DNA of 33,147 bases from Candidatus Jacksonbacteria bacterium. GTDB taxonomy: Bacteria > Patescibacteriota > Patescibacteriia > UBA9629 > GWA2-43-13. Made by a program: the position numbers and the translations under genes. The stretch lies in assembly GCA_018698735.1 (NCBI GenBank), contig JABIPD010000110.1, forward strand, positions 1 to 33,147, given 5' to 3'. The first letter of the stretch is position 1. Every line of letters begins with the position of its first letter. The notes under the pieces are model-generated. The model saw only the letters and a list, made by a program, of their open reading frames with translations. It searched no databases and was not told the origin of the DNA. Of this stretch, positions 25,900 through 33,147 are shown one piece after another.

Positions 25900-26034
25900 T
25901 GTCATTTCGCGCGCCCCGTACCGAATGGTTACTGGGGAGGAGGCTCGGCGACGAGAAATCGGGGAACGAATGAACAGGTATTGCTCGACTACAGATTTCT
26001 CGTCTCCGCTAATAGGCGGATTCTCGAAATGACA
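25900..26034. repeat. GTCAT-family REP-like palindromic element with nested mini-palindromes
   Basis: TGTCATTTCG/CGAAATGACA termini, GACGAGAAATC/GATTTCTCGTC inner pair, nested CCCCGTACC...TACTGGGG and TCCGCT...GGCGGA. Confidence 0.75.
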
Positions 26035-26043
26035 GAAGAAGAG

Positions 26044-27285
26044 TTAAAGCTCGGAAATATCGCGGTGGGTAAAGATTCTAATAGTCCATTCTACGGTTGC
26101 TCGTAATCGCTGTTTCCATGAAATAAGTTTTGCAAAATAAATAGTTCTCCACATCCACCATGCAAACCTACCGGTGAGCGAAAAACTACCTATTTGCGCT
26201 GCTGCTTTCCATCTTCCTAGCGACAATAGCATTCCAGCGGATTTATAATGAAAAGCTTTTACAGGTTTATTGTTTATGAGTCGTTGTATGTTGATGGCAG
26301 TTGCACTGGCCTGCTGTACTGCAGCTTGCGCGAGTGCTGGCACGTTTTCCGGGTGATCTGCCATGTCGCCTAGCACAAATATTTCTGGCGAACTAGTAAT
26401 CTGAAGACTTGCATTTACAGTAATTTTTCCGTCGAAAGATTTTGCTGGTTTTATATCAAACTCTATTTCAGCGGCTTTAATCCCTGCAACAAAAATGGGA
26501 GTAGCAGTGTGTAGCGTTTTTCCGCTTTCTAGGGTAATGCCGTTTTCGTCTATGCTCTCTACTGATTGTTGGAGATGCATGTTAACGCCAGCTTTCTGTA
26601 ATTGTTTCAGGCTCTCTCTTTGAATTGTTGGTGCAAACGAAGAAACCAATTTGTCTGAGCGTTCTATTAAATGAACCTGCGCATGCTGCATTAATTCCAA
26701 GGGGTAGAATCTTCTAAAAGTTTTATGAATAAATTCTGCTAACTCGGAGGCTATCTCTACTCCGGTTGGGCCGCCGCCAATAACGGCAAATTGAAGCAGT
26801 TGTTTTTGTTTTTTTGCATCTGCCTCATGGCGGGCGTGTTCGAAGCATTCTATGACGTGATTTTTAAGTTTAATGGCATCTTCCATTGTTTTTAATGTAA
26901 AGCAATGTTTGCGTGCATTGGTAATATTAAAAAAGTTTGTTTTTGCACCAAGTGCAATTACTAAATAGTCGTATGAAATATTCCCAAGCGAAGTTTGTAT
27001 TAATTGTTCTTGGCTATGTATTTTTTGTGCGGTTGCTTGGTAAAAATCTGTTTGGCAGCAGGTAATAAAACTACGAATAGGTTGCATTATAGTATCTGGC
27101 GGTAATCCACCGGTTGCAACCTCGTGTAAGAGGGGAGTAAACAGGAAATAATTTTTTGGGTTTACTATAATTATTTCTATTTGTTTGTTGCTGTGGAATT
27201 TTTTGTGGAGATAACGAAAAGTATTAACACCAGCAAACCCGGCTCCTAAAATTACTATTCGTATTTTTTTTGTTTCTGCTTTCAT
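26044..27285 (-). CDS. ndh: Type II NADH dehydrogenase-like NAD(P)/FAD-dependent oxidoreductase
   Basis: ILGAGFAG, FTPLLHEVATG, YDYLVIALG, GGGPTGVE.A.EL, FVLGD, PALAQAA.QQ, G.FAWWMWR.IY. Confidence 0.88.
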   Translation of the reverse strand: MKAETKKIRIVILGAGFAGVNTFRYLHKKFHSNKQIEIIIVNPKNYFLFTPLLHEVATGGLPPDTIMQPIRSFITCCQTDFYQATAQKIHSQEQLIQTSLGNISYDYLVIALGAKTNFFNITNARKHCFTLKTMEDAIKLKNHVIECFEHARHEADAKKQKQLLQFAVIGGGPTGVEIASELAEFIHKTFRRFYPLELMQHAQVHLIERSDKLVSSFAPTIQRESLKQLQKAGVNMHLQQSVESIDENGITLESGKTLHTATPIFVAGIKAAEIEFDIKPAKSFDGKITVNASLQITSSPEIFVLGDMADHPENVPALAQAAVQQASATAINIQRLINNKPVKAFHYKSAGMLLSLGRWKAAAQIGSFSLTGRFAWWMWRTIYFAKLISWKQRLRATVEWTIRIFTHRDISEL

Positions 27286-27319
27286 GTATACAATAATACA
27301 AAAATCCTAAACATTAAGC

Positions 27320-27474
27320 AAAAAAAAAAGAGCTCGCCGGGTCGGAATGGCGAGCAGATCGGGGTACGATGGAGAGGCAGTAATCTCTTGAGTTGGGGGG
27401 ATGTGTTTACCCACAATCAGAGAGTACTATCTCTTTGTTGTTTAAAATATAGTGGAGATGTCGTTTAAGGTCAA
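27320..27474 (-). ncRNA. Promoter-to-terminator unit (~120 nt transcript) without ATG-initiated ORF; candidate sRNA
   Basis: TTGACC-17-TATATT (27474-27446); GCTCGCC/GGCGAGC hairpin followed by a T10 tract (27355-27320). Confidence 0.5.
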
Positions 27475-27545
27475 GCTTATTTATAAAACTTAGTAAAAAA
27501 ATACTCACCAAGAAAATTAAGGTAAGTATTTTATAATGAAGGTAA

Positions 27546-28403
27546 TTAGCTTGCCGCGTTTATTGCAACAAAAATTCCCGCAGCAATTCCACCAGCTATC
27601 GCAAGTGCTATAAGCACAATACCAACAATCAACCAAACATGGAGGTAGTGTTCGTTTTTCTCTTTTTGCTCTGGGGTTATTTCGCCTCTCGATTCTTTTA
27701 AGCTTAAGTATAACTCGGCCATAAAGCACATGGTGTAAGGAATATAGAGAAACATTACAATAGACGTTAATATAATTTGTGCAAGTTCTCCTCCTCCCAC
27801 AGCAACGCCGATTATATAAGAAATAATTCCTGCAATAATAAACAATGCGTATACTGCGAGCGATAATAATATCGACCTTCCAACAATAGCCCACCATCTA
27901 CCTCTCACGAGAATGCGAGATTTCCGAATCGAATCCATAATGCCAAGGTTTTCGTCTACATATACGTACAAAGCAAACATTAATTGAACAGCAAGAATAA
28001 TTCCTGGAACAATAAATGCGATATACCCACCTAAAACAATAACCATCATAACAATATTTATTCCGATTGATGGGATAATAAGTTTTAAGCTTTTCTTTAG
28101 GGTTACCTTAACGTTGCTTGTGGTTTCTTTTGACAAGCTCGCAATAAGTAATGCTAATGGTGCCCATACGGCAATAAGTACATACAGAAGTGTAAAAAGA
28201 ATAAACCCAACAACAAAAAGTATGCTGCTTGGATTTGTTAATTCTAGGTTAGGATCTCCTTGCGCATATAACGAGTATAAGAGAATAGAAGCAGCATAGA
28301 GAGCCGAAAGAATAAGCAGTGTTTTTTGTCGTTGTTTGAGTCTTGCCCAAGCAGCACGAAAGAGTGCTCCTGGTGCGATTAATAATTTAGTTGATTCTGA
28401 CAT
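27546..28403 (-). CDS. Multi-pass membrane protein (DUF975/YciC/GDPD-membrane-domain-like)
   Basis: About 7 TM helices; FIVPGII, SIRKSRILVRGRWW motif. Confidence 0.8.
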   Translation of the reverse strand: MSESTKLLIAPGALFRAAWARLKQRQKTLLILSALYAASILLYSLYAQGDPNLELTNPSSILFVVGFILFTLLYVLIAVWAPLALLIASLSKETTSNVKVTLKKSLKLIIPSIGINIVMMVIVLGGYIAFIVPGIILAVQLMFALYVYVDENLGIMDSIRKSRILVRGRWWAIVGRSILLSLAVYALFIIAGIISYIIGVAVGGGELAQIILTSIVMFLYIPYTMCFMAELYLSLKESRGEITPEQKEKNEHYLHVWLIVGIVLIALAIAGGIAAGIFVAINAAS

Positions 28404-28476
28404 AGAGCCTGTAATGGTTAATAGGTTACTTACTATAAGTATACCTTGGGAAGAAATTTTAGTGAATGTCTCCTAT

Positions 28477-28527
28477 AAAACAGAACGGGGCCTTAGTGTG
28501 TAGACGTATCTACAGTTACTAAGGCCC
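28477..28527 (-). terminator. Terminator overlapping the stop codon of the orphan lipoprotein
   Basis: GGGCCTTAGT/ACTAAGGCCC stem enclosing TGTAGA/TCTACA, followed by GTTCTGTTTT. Confidence 0.7.
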
Positions 28528-28995
28528 ACGGGAGGTAGGGTTAGGGGCGCCAGCGACTGGCTGGCTTGTGCTCTCAGTGGTTGGTTCAAGCACCGGGCGG
28601 CCTCCTTGTTCGTGAAGGGTAAAGTCCTGGCACTTCAATTTTACCATGGCCACAATCTCGGACCGCGTGTATTGGGAAGCTTGGCCAGATTCGAATTCAA
28701 AGCTGAACGAGTCTTCTATTGACCATGAACCAAGCTGGAGCTTTGTTGTTGGTACCGGCTCTTTGGCAGGGCTAATCGAGGCGATTCTCGTCCAGATGCC
28801 GTTTGTGTTTTGCTCAAGGAAAACGGTCTCTCCGGTTTGGTTTCGGATCGTTACCGGGACCGTAAAGATTGAAACATTCACACAAACTACAAGTGGCGGG
28901 CCAAGAAGCGACCCACCACAGCCGAGGATTACCAAGAGGAATGCGAAGAGAGCTAGCATGAAGGCGATTTGCACACTGCGGCGACGTAATACCAT
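28519..28995 (-). CDS. Orphan putative lipoprotein/exported protein (158 aa)
   Basis: Basic N-region, hydrophobic h-region, lipobox-like ILGC; AAAGGAG SD; TTGACA promoter at 29056-29061. Confidence 0.65.
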   Translation of the reverse strand: MVLRRRSVQIAFMLALFAFLLVILGCGGSLLGPPLVVCVNVSIFTVPVTIRNQTGETVFLEQNTNGIWTRIASISPAKEPVPTTKLQLGSWSIEDSFSFEFESGQASQYTRSEIVAMVKLKCQDFTLHEQGGRPVLEPTTESTSQPVAGAPNPTSRGP

Positions 28996-29071
28996 GACCA
29001 GTTCTCCTTTGGTGCGAGGCTTCGTTGCATATATCTAACAATGCTTTTGGGAGCTTGTCAAAAAAAACTTC

Positions 29072-29471
29072 TTGACTTTTGTTTCTGGGAGGACTATAAC
29101 AGGGGTGTGAGAAGATTTCTGATCCCATTGCTCGCCCAGGGGCCGTTGCGGGGAATAGTAGTGGTAGCGGGCTTGAAAAAGGAACAGCGACGCGAGCCTT
29201 TCAGATATTTTCTTTGAAGGCTGGTATGCCTGTTTAATGGATGTCAGCCTTCCTCCTTATTTTTTCGTTCTTTCTCAACTTTAGAGTGTGTACCTGCGTG
29301 GCGTTTGACGATTTCGAAATAAGTCCTCAGTTCGTCAGACTTTCGTAGGTACGCAAAAGCCAGCTGGAATCATGGAACCACCTATCTCGTCCAATTGTTG
29401 GATCGAGCCTAGGCCTCAATTCATGTTCCAGCTGGCACCCCTCCGAATAGAGTACGAGGGGTGATTTTTTT
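29072..29471 (+). ncRNA. Promoter plus ~365 nt highly structured transcript; candidate ncRNA
   Basis: TTGACT-17-TATAAC (29072-29100); several long hairpins; terminator CACCCCTC/GAGGGGTG-ATTTTTTT; no ORF of 60 aa or more on this strand. Confidence 0.6.
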
Positions 29472-29473
29472 AA

Positions 29474-29920
29474 TTAAAGTAATTTTTCTAAATGGATTCT
29501 GGTTTGTTCTATTTCTTCGTAGGGTGTTGTTTCGGTAAACATAAATCCATTCGAAACTAAAAAAGCCAGCATTTCTCTGCGGCAGTTTCGTGTTTTTATC
29601 GTTAGTTTTTTGTAGTCCTTATCTTTAGCCCATTGCAGCTGGTGTGTCATCAACTGTTTCATCACTCCCTTTCTTCTGTGCAGTGGATCAACCCCCGCCA
29701 TCCAGCAGTAGAAAGAATTATCAGAGTCTCTATCGTAGCTTACCATATATCCTGCTGGTGCATTGCCTACAAATGCAATCAGAATACAGTGATCTTTTTT
29801 TCTATACCGATCAGTAAAGTAGTTTGCAGTGTATGGCTGTGGCGAAGAGAACTCGGGGATTGTTTCGTTTATTGCCATTGCCTGACGGATGGTTCCCTCC
29901 TTAACAGAGAGATGCGCCAT
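29474..29920 (-). CDS. GNAT-family N-acetyltransferase
   Basis: GVDPLHRRKGV acetyl-CoA motif A, FLVSNGF motif B; ATG 29920 preferred over the overlapping TTG. Confidence 0.9.
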   Translation of the reverse strand: MAHLSVKEGTIRQAMAINETIPEFSSPQPYTANYFTDRYRKKDHCILIAFVGNAPAGYMVSYDRDSDNSFYCWMAGVDPLHRRKGVMKQLMTHQLQWAKDKDYKKLTIKTRNCRREMLAFLVSNGFMFTETTPYEEIEQTRIHLEKLL

Positions 29921-29927
29921 AAGAAAT

Positions 29928-30257
29928 TTAGCCAATAACGTACTGAATTAAGAATACGGCGGTCATTGCGAACACAAGAATAATGCTGATAATAAGCAGT
30001 GCTGCTTTTAGGAATTTTTCTTCTTGTTTGTTTTTTATTATTCCAGTAATAGCAAGTAAGAAGGAAAGGACCGGTAATCCAATCGTTAAAATAAAACCAG
30101 TGGCAGGGGTAAGCGATTGGAACGATTTTGTAAGCGGCGAGTCTGGAAAAAAGTTAAAGAGTTTGAATATTGCACCAGTCCAAAAGAGTGCGGTTGGGAC
30201 CAAGAGGATAAACCCAAGTGTTGTAAGTTGAGTAAGACCTCGTTTTTCATTTTTCAT
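29928..30257 (-). CDS. Small 3-TM membrane protein
   Basis: Three hydrophobic helices; host-like composition; likely co-transcribed with the GNAT. Confidence 0.75.
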   Translation of the reverse strand: MKNEKRGLTQLTTLGFILLVPTALFWTGAIFKLFNFFPDSPLTKSFQSLTPATGFILTIGLPVLSFLLAITGIIKNKQEEKFLKAALLIISIILVFAMTAVFLIQYVIG

Positions 30258-30311
30258 ATTTTAGGTGTTTATTTTATATCTTTATAATACCAAATTTTTG
30301 ATAGAAAGATC

Positions 30312-30335
30312 AAAAAATATCCCTTTCGGGATATT
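30312..30335 (-). terminator. rpmB terminator
   Basis: AATATCCC-GAAA-GGGATATT-TTTT on the minus strand. Confidence 0.85.
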
Positions 30336-30342
30336 CGTTGAT

Positions 30343-30519
30343 TTAAGCAGCAAGTTTAGACATTACTCGTAGACACCTGGTACAAACGTCTCGTTTTTTT
30401 CCTTCTATCTTTTTTGTTTGAAGATTTGGATAAACGCGACGTTTTGTTTTTACCATTGAGTGCGATCGAGATAAAGACATTTTAGAACTTCGCTTGCAGA
30501 GGTAACATTCTTTAGCCAT
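30343..30519 (-). CDS. rpmB: 50S ribosomal protein L28 (58 aa, zinc-ribbon form)
   Basis: Not in ORF track. MAKECYLCKRSSKMSLSRSHSMVKTKRRVYPNLQTKKIEGKKRDVCTRCLRVMSKLAA has CxxC, SHS..KTKR...PNLQ and VCTRCLR; promoter TTGACC-17-TACAGT at 30547-30575. Confidence 0.95.
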   Translation of the reverse strand: MAKECYLCKRSSKMSLSRSHSMVKTKRRVYPNLQTKKIEGKKRDVCTRCLRVMSKLAA

Positions 30520-30588
30520 AGAGAGGTATTATTGATAACGAGACATACTGTACCAGATATTTGTATAGAGGTCAATTATTTTTTTATA

Positions 30589-30790
30589 GTCATTAGCGAT
30601 GTGTGTATTCGTATGTTTTGATTGTGATATGCAGAGATCCTTCGCCGACATGCAGTCTCCTCCCCAGTCACTCTGTCAAGCAGACTACGGACGGGGCAGG
30701 CTGGATGACGAGTAAGGAGGACCCCTTTCCATTCGTCATTCAGCCGCGCCCCGTCCTTGTGACAAGGAGATTGTCTCAATCGAAGAATCT
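30589..30790. repeat. Cluster of GTCAT-family REP-like elements
   Basis: AGATCCTTCG...CTGGATGAC (30635-30709) and GTCATTCAGC...CGAAGAATCT (30735-30790), both carrying GGACGGGGC-type inserts. Confidence 0.7.
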
Positions 30791-30829
30791 TTGGAGCTTG
30801 GAATTATTCATCATTAAATTATTTTTAAG

Positions 30830-30873
30830 AAAACGAAAAGTGGTACCGGCTGCAGGATGCAACGAGTACCACC
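30830..30873 (-). terminator. Terminator of orphan unit
   Basis: GTGGTACTCGTTGCA-TCC-TGCAGCCGGTACCAC-TTTTCGTTTT on the minus strand. Confidence 0.75.
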
Positions 30874-30910
30874 TATAATTCCTCCTTTCATGAGGATGTG
30901 AGTTTGTTGT

Positions 30911-31633
30911 TTAGAAGAACCATCGCGGCGCCTGTTCTGCAACCTGCGCGCCTTGCCATTCTTCGAGGTCTGGACAGAGGCTTTCGTCTCGAGTAAAGAA
31001 GAACGACATTCCTGGCCGCAGGTTCCTGAGGCTCGTAGGGACAGAGAAGTACTCGTCCCTTGAGGGGCGTACTCCGAGCTTGTCCAAGTCGCTCTCTTCG
31101 TTTGGGTCATCATGGCGAAGATGGACGTGCGGATATCCATCAATCACCTCTAGCCCTATGACCATGAGCCGGTTTGTTTCAACCTGCGGTGAATCAAGAA
31201 GGTCGATGTTTTCGTCTAGTTCGTCTGCGAGGACTGTTGCACGGTAGACGAAAGATCCGGGTAGATCTTCTGTCTGTGAAACAGACGCAAAAGGTCCTCG
31301 GAACGCTGGAAGGTGAATCCTTGGCATGGGGATCACTCTTCCCATTACCACGGATCCTCCGTGGTTTGTTATCATGATGCATTCGCCCATGGTAGGCGCA
31401 ATGCCATCATTTAGGAAGCAGACCAGGCCATCCCTGGCTCGCATTTCGTCACAGACTCCCACCCACGTTTGGGTGTCGTTGTTCCAGCGAAGTTTCGCTA
31501 CCAGGCTGGGCCCTTCATCCTTTAAGTTGGTGTAGATGGCTCTGCTGAGCTCTTCTGGGAGAACTCGAACTCCGAGTTCGGGCTTTGGCGGCTGAGTGAA
31601 GCTGCTGCGTCCGGCCTCTCGTCGCGTCGTCAT
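30911..31633 (-). CDS. Orphan hypothetical protein (240 aa)
   Basis: GAGGAG SD before ATG 31633; TTGACA-17-TATTTT promoter at 31810-31838; GC-rich composition. Confidence 0.7.
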   Translation of the reverse strand: MTTRREAGRSSFTQPPKPELGVRVLPEELSRAIYTNLKDEGPSLVAKLRWNNDTQTWVGVCDEMRARDGLVCFLNDGIAPTMGECIMITNHGGSVVMGRVIPMPRIHLPAFRGPFASVSQTEDLPGSFVYRATVLADELDENIDLLDSPQVETNRLMVIGLEVIDGYPHVHLRHDDPNEESDLDKLGVRPSRDEYFSVPTSLRNLRPGMSFFFTRDESLCPDLEEWQGAQVAEQAPRWFF

Positions 31634-31864
31634 CGTTCCGTCTCCTCGTCGCGAAGGTCGGGTCAAGGTGCGGGCACAAATGCGAATTCAGATTTTGATT
31701 TTCTCTGTTTTTTCGCCGTGCAATTTAACATGATCTTCATAAAAATTCGCCGGTGCGACATTGTTGCAAAGCCAACATATACGGCAACACCATCGCACAT
31801 AGCGAGAGTAAAATATCATAATAAATAAATATTGTCAAGCGTTGTTTTGCGCTGTTTTTAAATA

Positions 31865-31895
31865 AAAAAAGACCCCGATATTGCGAATCGGGGGA
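31865..31895 (-). terminator. Terminator of orphan unit
   Basis: CCCCGAT-TCGCAAT-ATCGGGG-TCTTTTTTT on the minus strand. Confidence 0.8.
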
Positions 31896-31938
31896 AGTGG
31901 GTTGAAGGTTGGAGAGTTTGTCCACGAGCAGAGAATGA

Positions 31939-32238
31939 CTATCGAATGAGGCTAAAGGTTCCTTTGGTGGTTCTTTCGCCTTCACCGACAGCTAGCCACG
32001 AGGCCTGGTTGGGGTCATATCTCAGGTAAAGGATACTCACTCCCCCGAACCTGGGAGCGCTCACGTACAGAACCACTCCTTCTTCTTCAGATCCTCCTGA
32101 GCTTGTGACGGTGCCAATTATGTGATGGCCCGAATTGTCATGGAAGATGAACCTTCTTCCAACAGGCTCGTCTTTCACGCCCGCTTCCTGCAAAGAGTGC
32201 TGAATCCTTTCTAGCAAGTCTTTTGTTACTTGATCCAT
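31939..32238 (-). CDS. Orphan hypothetical protein (99 aa)
   Basis: Perfect AAGGAGG SD; own terminator; divergent from the M50 peptidase. Confidence 0.7.
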   Translation of the reverse strand: MDQVTKDLLERIQHSLQEAGVKDEPVGRRFIFHDNSGHHIIGTVTSSGGSEEEGVVLYVSAPRFGGVSILYLRYDPNQASWLAVGEGERTTKGTFSLIR

Positions 32239-32351
32239 ACTCGTGCCTCCTTAAAGGTGCATATTTCGGTGCACAGCGAGTCTGTGCTTGCGAACAAATA
32301 ACATTATCCTTTTTTTGACATTCAGACAAGAACCTTATACGATTATCTCGT

Positions 32352-33005
32352 ATGATTTTAGCAAAACTGTTTACCGATCCTGTGTTTTTTGTGATATGGG
32401 TAGTTGCCATAGTATATGGCATAACTATTCACGAGTTCGCGCATGTAGCTATGGCGCGGTATTTAGGCGACCACACAGGCGAAGATATGGGCCGGCTTAC
32501 CTTAAACCCTCTGGCGCATGTAGACCCTATGGGGTTTTTGCTGTTGCTCGTAATTGGGTTTGGGTGGGGAAGGCCAGCGCCGTTTAATCCTTTTAACTTA
32601 CATAAAGTAAAAAGCGCAAAACTTGGGTCTGCTTTAGTAGCATTAGCAGGGCCAGTTTCGAATTTACTGAGTATTTTTGTGTTTGTGGTGGTAACAAGGG
32701 TTCTTTTAGGGTCTTTTGCATTTTCTCCAGAAAGCCTTATTATTCAGTTTTTTATCTTTCTTATAATGATAAATGTAGTGTTGATGGTATTTAATTTACT
32801 TCCAATCCCGCCGTTAGATGGTTCTAAAATAGCGTACGCCCTATTGCCAGATAGTTACGAATGGCAACAGCGAAAAGCGATGTGGGAAACAAAAGGCCCG
32901 TGGATTTTGTTTTTGGTGATTATTATAGATTCGTTTACACCTGGTAGCTTTTTAGGTGGATTGTTTCAGTGGTTTTTTGGATTAGTGCTGAAAATGCTTG
33001 GATGA
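32352..33005 (+). CDS. Site-2 protease / peptidase M50 family
   Basis: [37 protein letters not shown]; promoter TTGACA-17-TACGAT ending 8 nt before ATG. Confidence 0.95.
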   Translation: MILAKLFTDPVFFVIWVVAIVYGITIHEFAHVAMARYLGDHTGEDMGRLTLNPLAHVDPMGFLLLLVIGFGWGRPAPFNPFNLHKVKSAKLGSALVALAGPVSNLLSIFVFVVVTRVLLGSFAFSPESLIIQFFIFLIMINVVLMVFNLLPIPPLDGSKIAYALLPDSYEWQQRKAMWETKGPWILFLVIIIDSFTPGSFLGGLFQWFFGLVLKMLG

Positions 33006-33016
33006 TCAAATGGCGA

Positions 33017-33106
33017 GACCCCCTCTCAATCTCCCCCTACTTTAGAGGGAGAGGTATGCACCTGATTGGGTAAAAAATGTCATCCTGAGTGCATCCCGAA
33101 GGATCT
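33017..33106 (+). repeat. Two adjacent REP-like elements (CCCCTCT family and GTCAT family)
   Basis: GACCCCCTCTCAATCTCCCCCT...AGGGAGAG (33017-33053) and GTCATCCTGAG...CGAAGGATCT (33079-33106). Confidence 0.6.
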
Positions 33107-33147
33107 TCAATATATTGCTATTGGAGATGATTGTTCATATTCATCAT

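Noticed and set aside
27310..27413. GTG-initiated peptide with TASPS resembling ORF 22529..22723
   Set aside because: No SD, it runs through the terminator, and the similarity is short and low-complexity.
29101..29471. tmRNA or RNase P RNA
   Set aside because: The size fits, but there is no T-loop/acceptor CCA end and no GAGGAAAGTC P4 motif.
30576..30878. ORFs 30576..30779 and 30603..30878
   Set aside because: They are translations of palindromic repeats with no expression signals.
16401..32300. Integron array, prophage, IS or DGR as the explanation for the orphan units
   Set aside because: No integrase, transposase, reverse transcriptase, phage genes, attC-like sites or template/variable repeat pair seen; the units are dispersed among core genes.
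919..32587. Numerous short antisense or out-of-frame ORFs in the track
   Set aside because: Shadows of well-supported genes with no motifs or translation signals.

Overview
Bacterial chromosomal window, most likely from a Patescibacteria (CPR, Parcubacteria/ABY1-like) genome. This placement is inference from the split comEC, the Pro/Gln-rich TSP3 surface proteins with PsbP-like and pilin-like domains, the long Ndk and the SD-less core genes. The standard genetic code applies: UGA is stop and prfB carries its +1 frameshift. The AT-rich backbone carries three surface-protein genes, ybeY, ftsA-ftsZ, nrdR-nrdJ, a DUF4430-like plus ECF-S-component-like pair (a candidate vitamin B12 scavenging module), htrA, prfB, two-part comEC, a CheY-like receiver, ndk, lysS, an NDH-2-type oxidoreductase, a GNAT, rpmB (missed by the ORF track) and an M50 peptidase. 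From about 16.4 kb onward the backbone is interrupted at least seven times by visibly GC-richer, self-contained orphan transcription units. These usually have a sigma70-like promoter, often a structured leader and a boxA-like motif, a Shine-Dalgarno, 1-2 orphan ORFs and an intrinsic terminator. There are also three promoter-to-terminator units without a convincing ORF (candidate ncRNAs at ~22840-23064, ~27320-27440 and ~29107-29471) and three families of REP-like palindromes. I found no tRNA, rRNA, CRISPR array, integrase or transposase. All family assignments come from motif recognition by eye, not from database searches.
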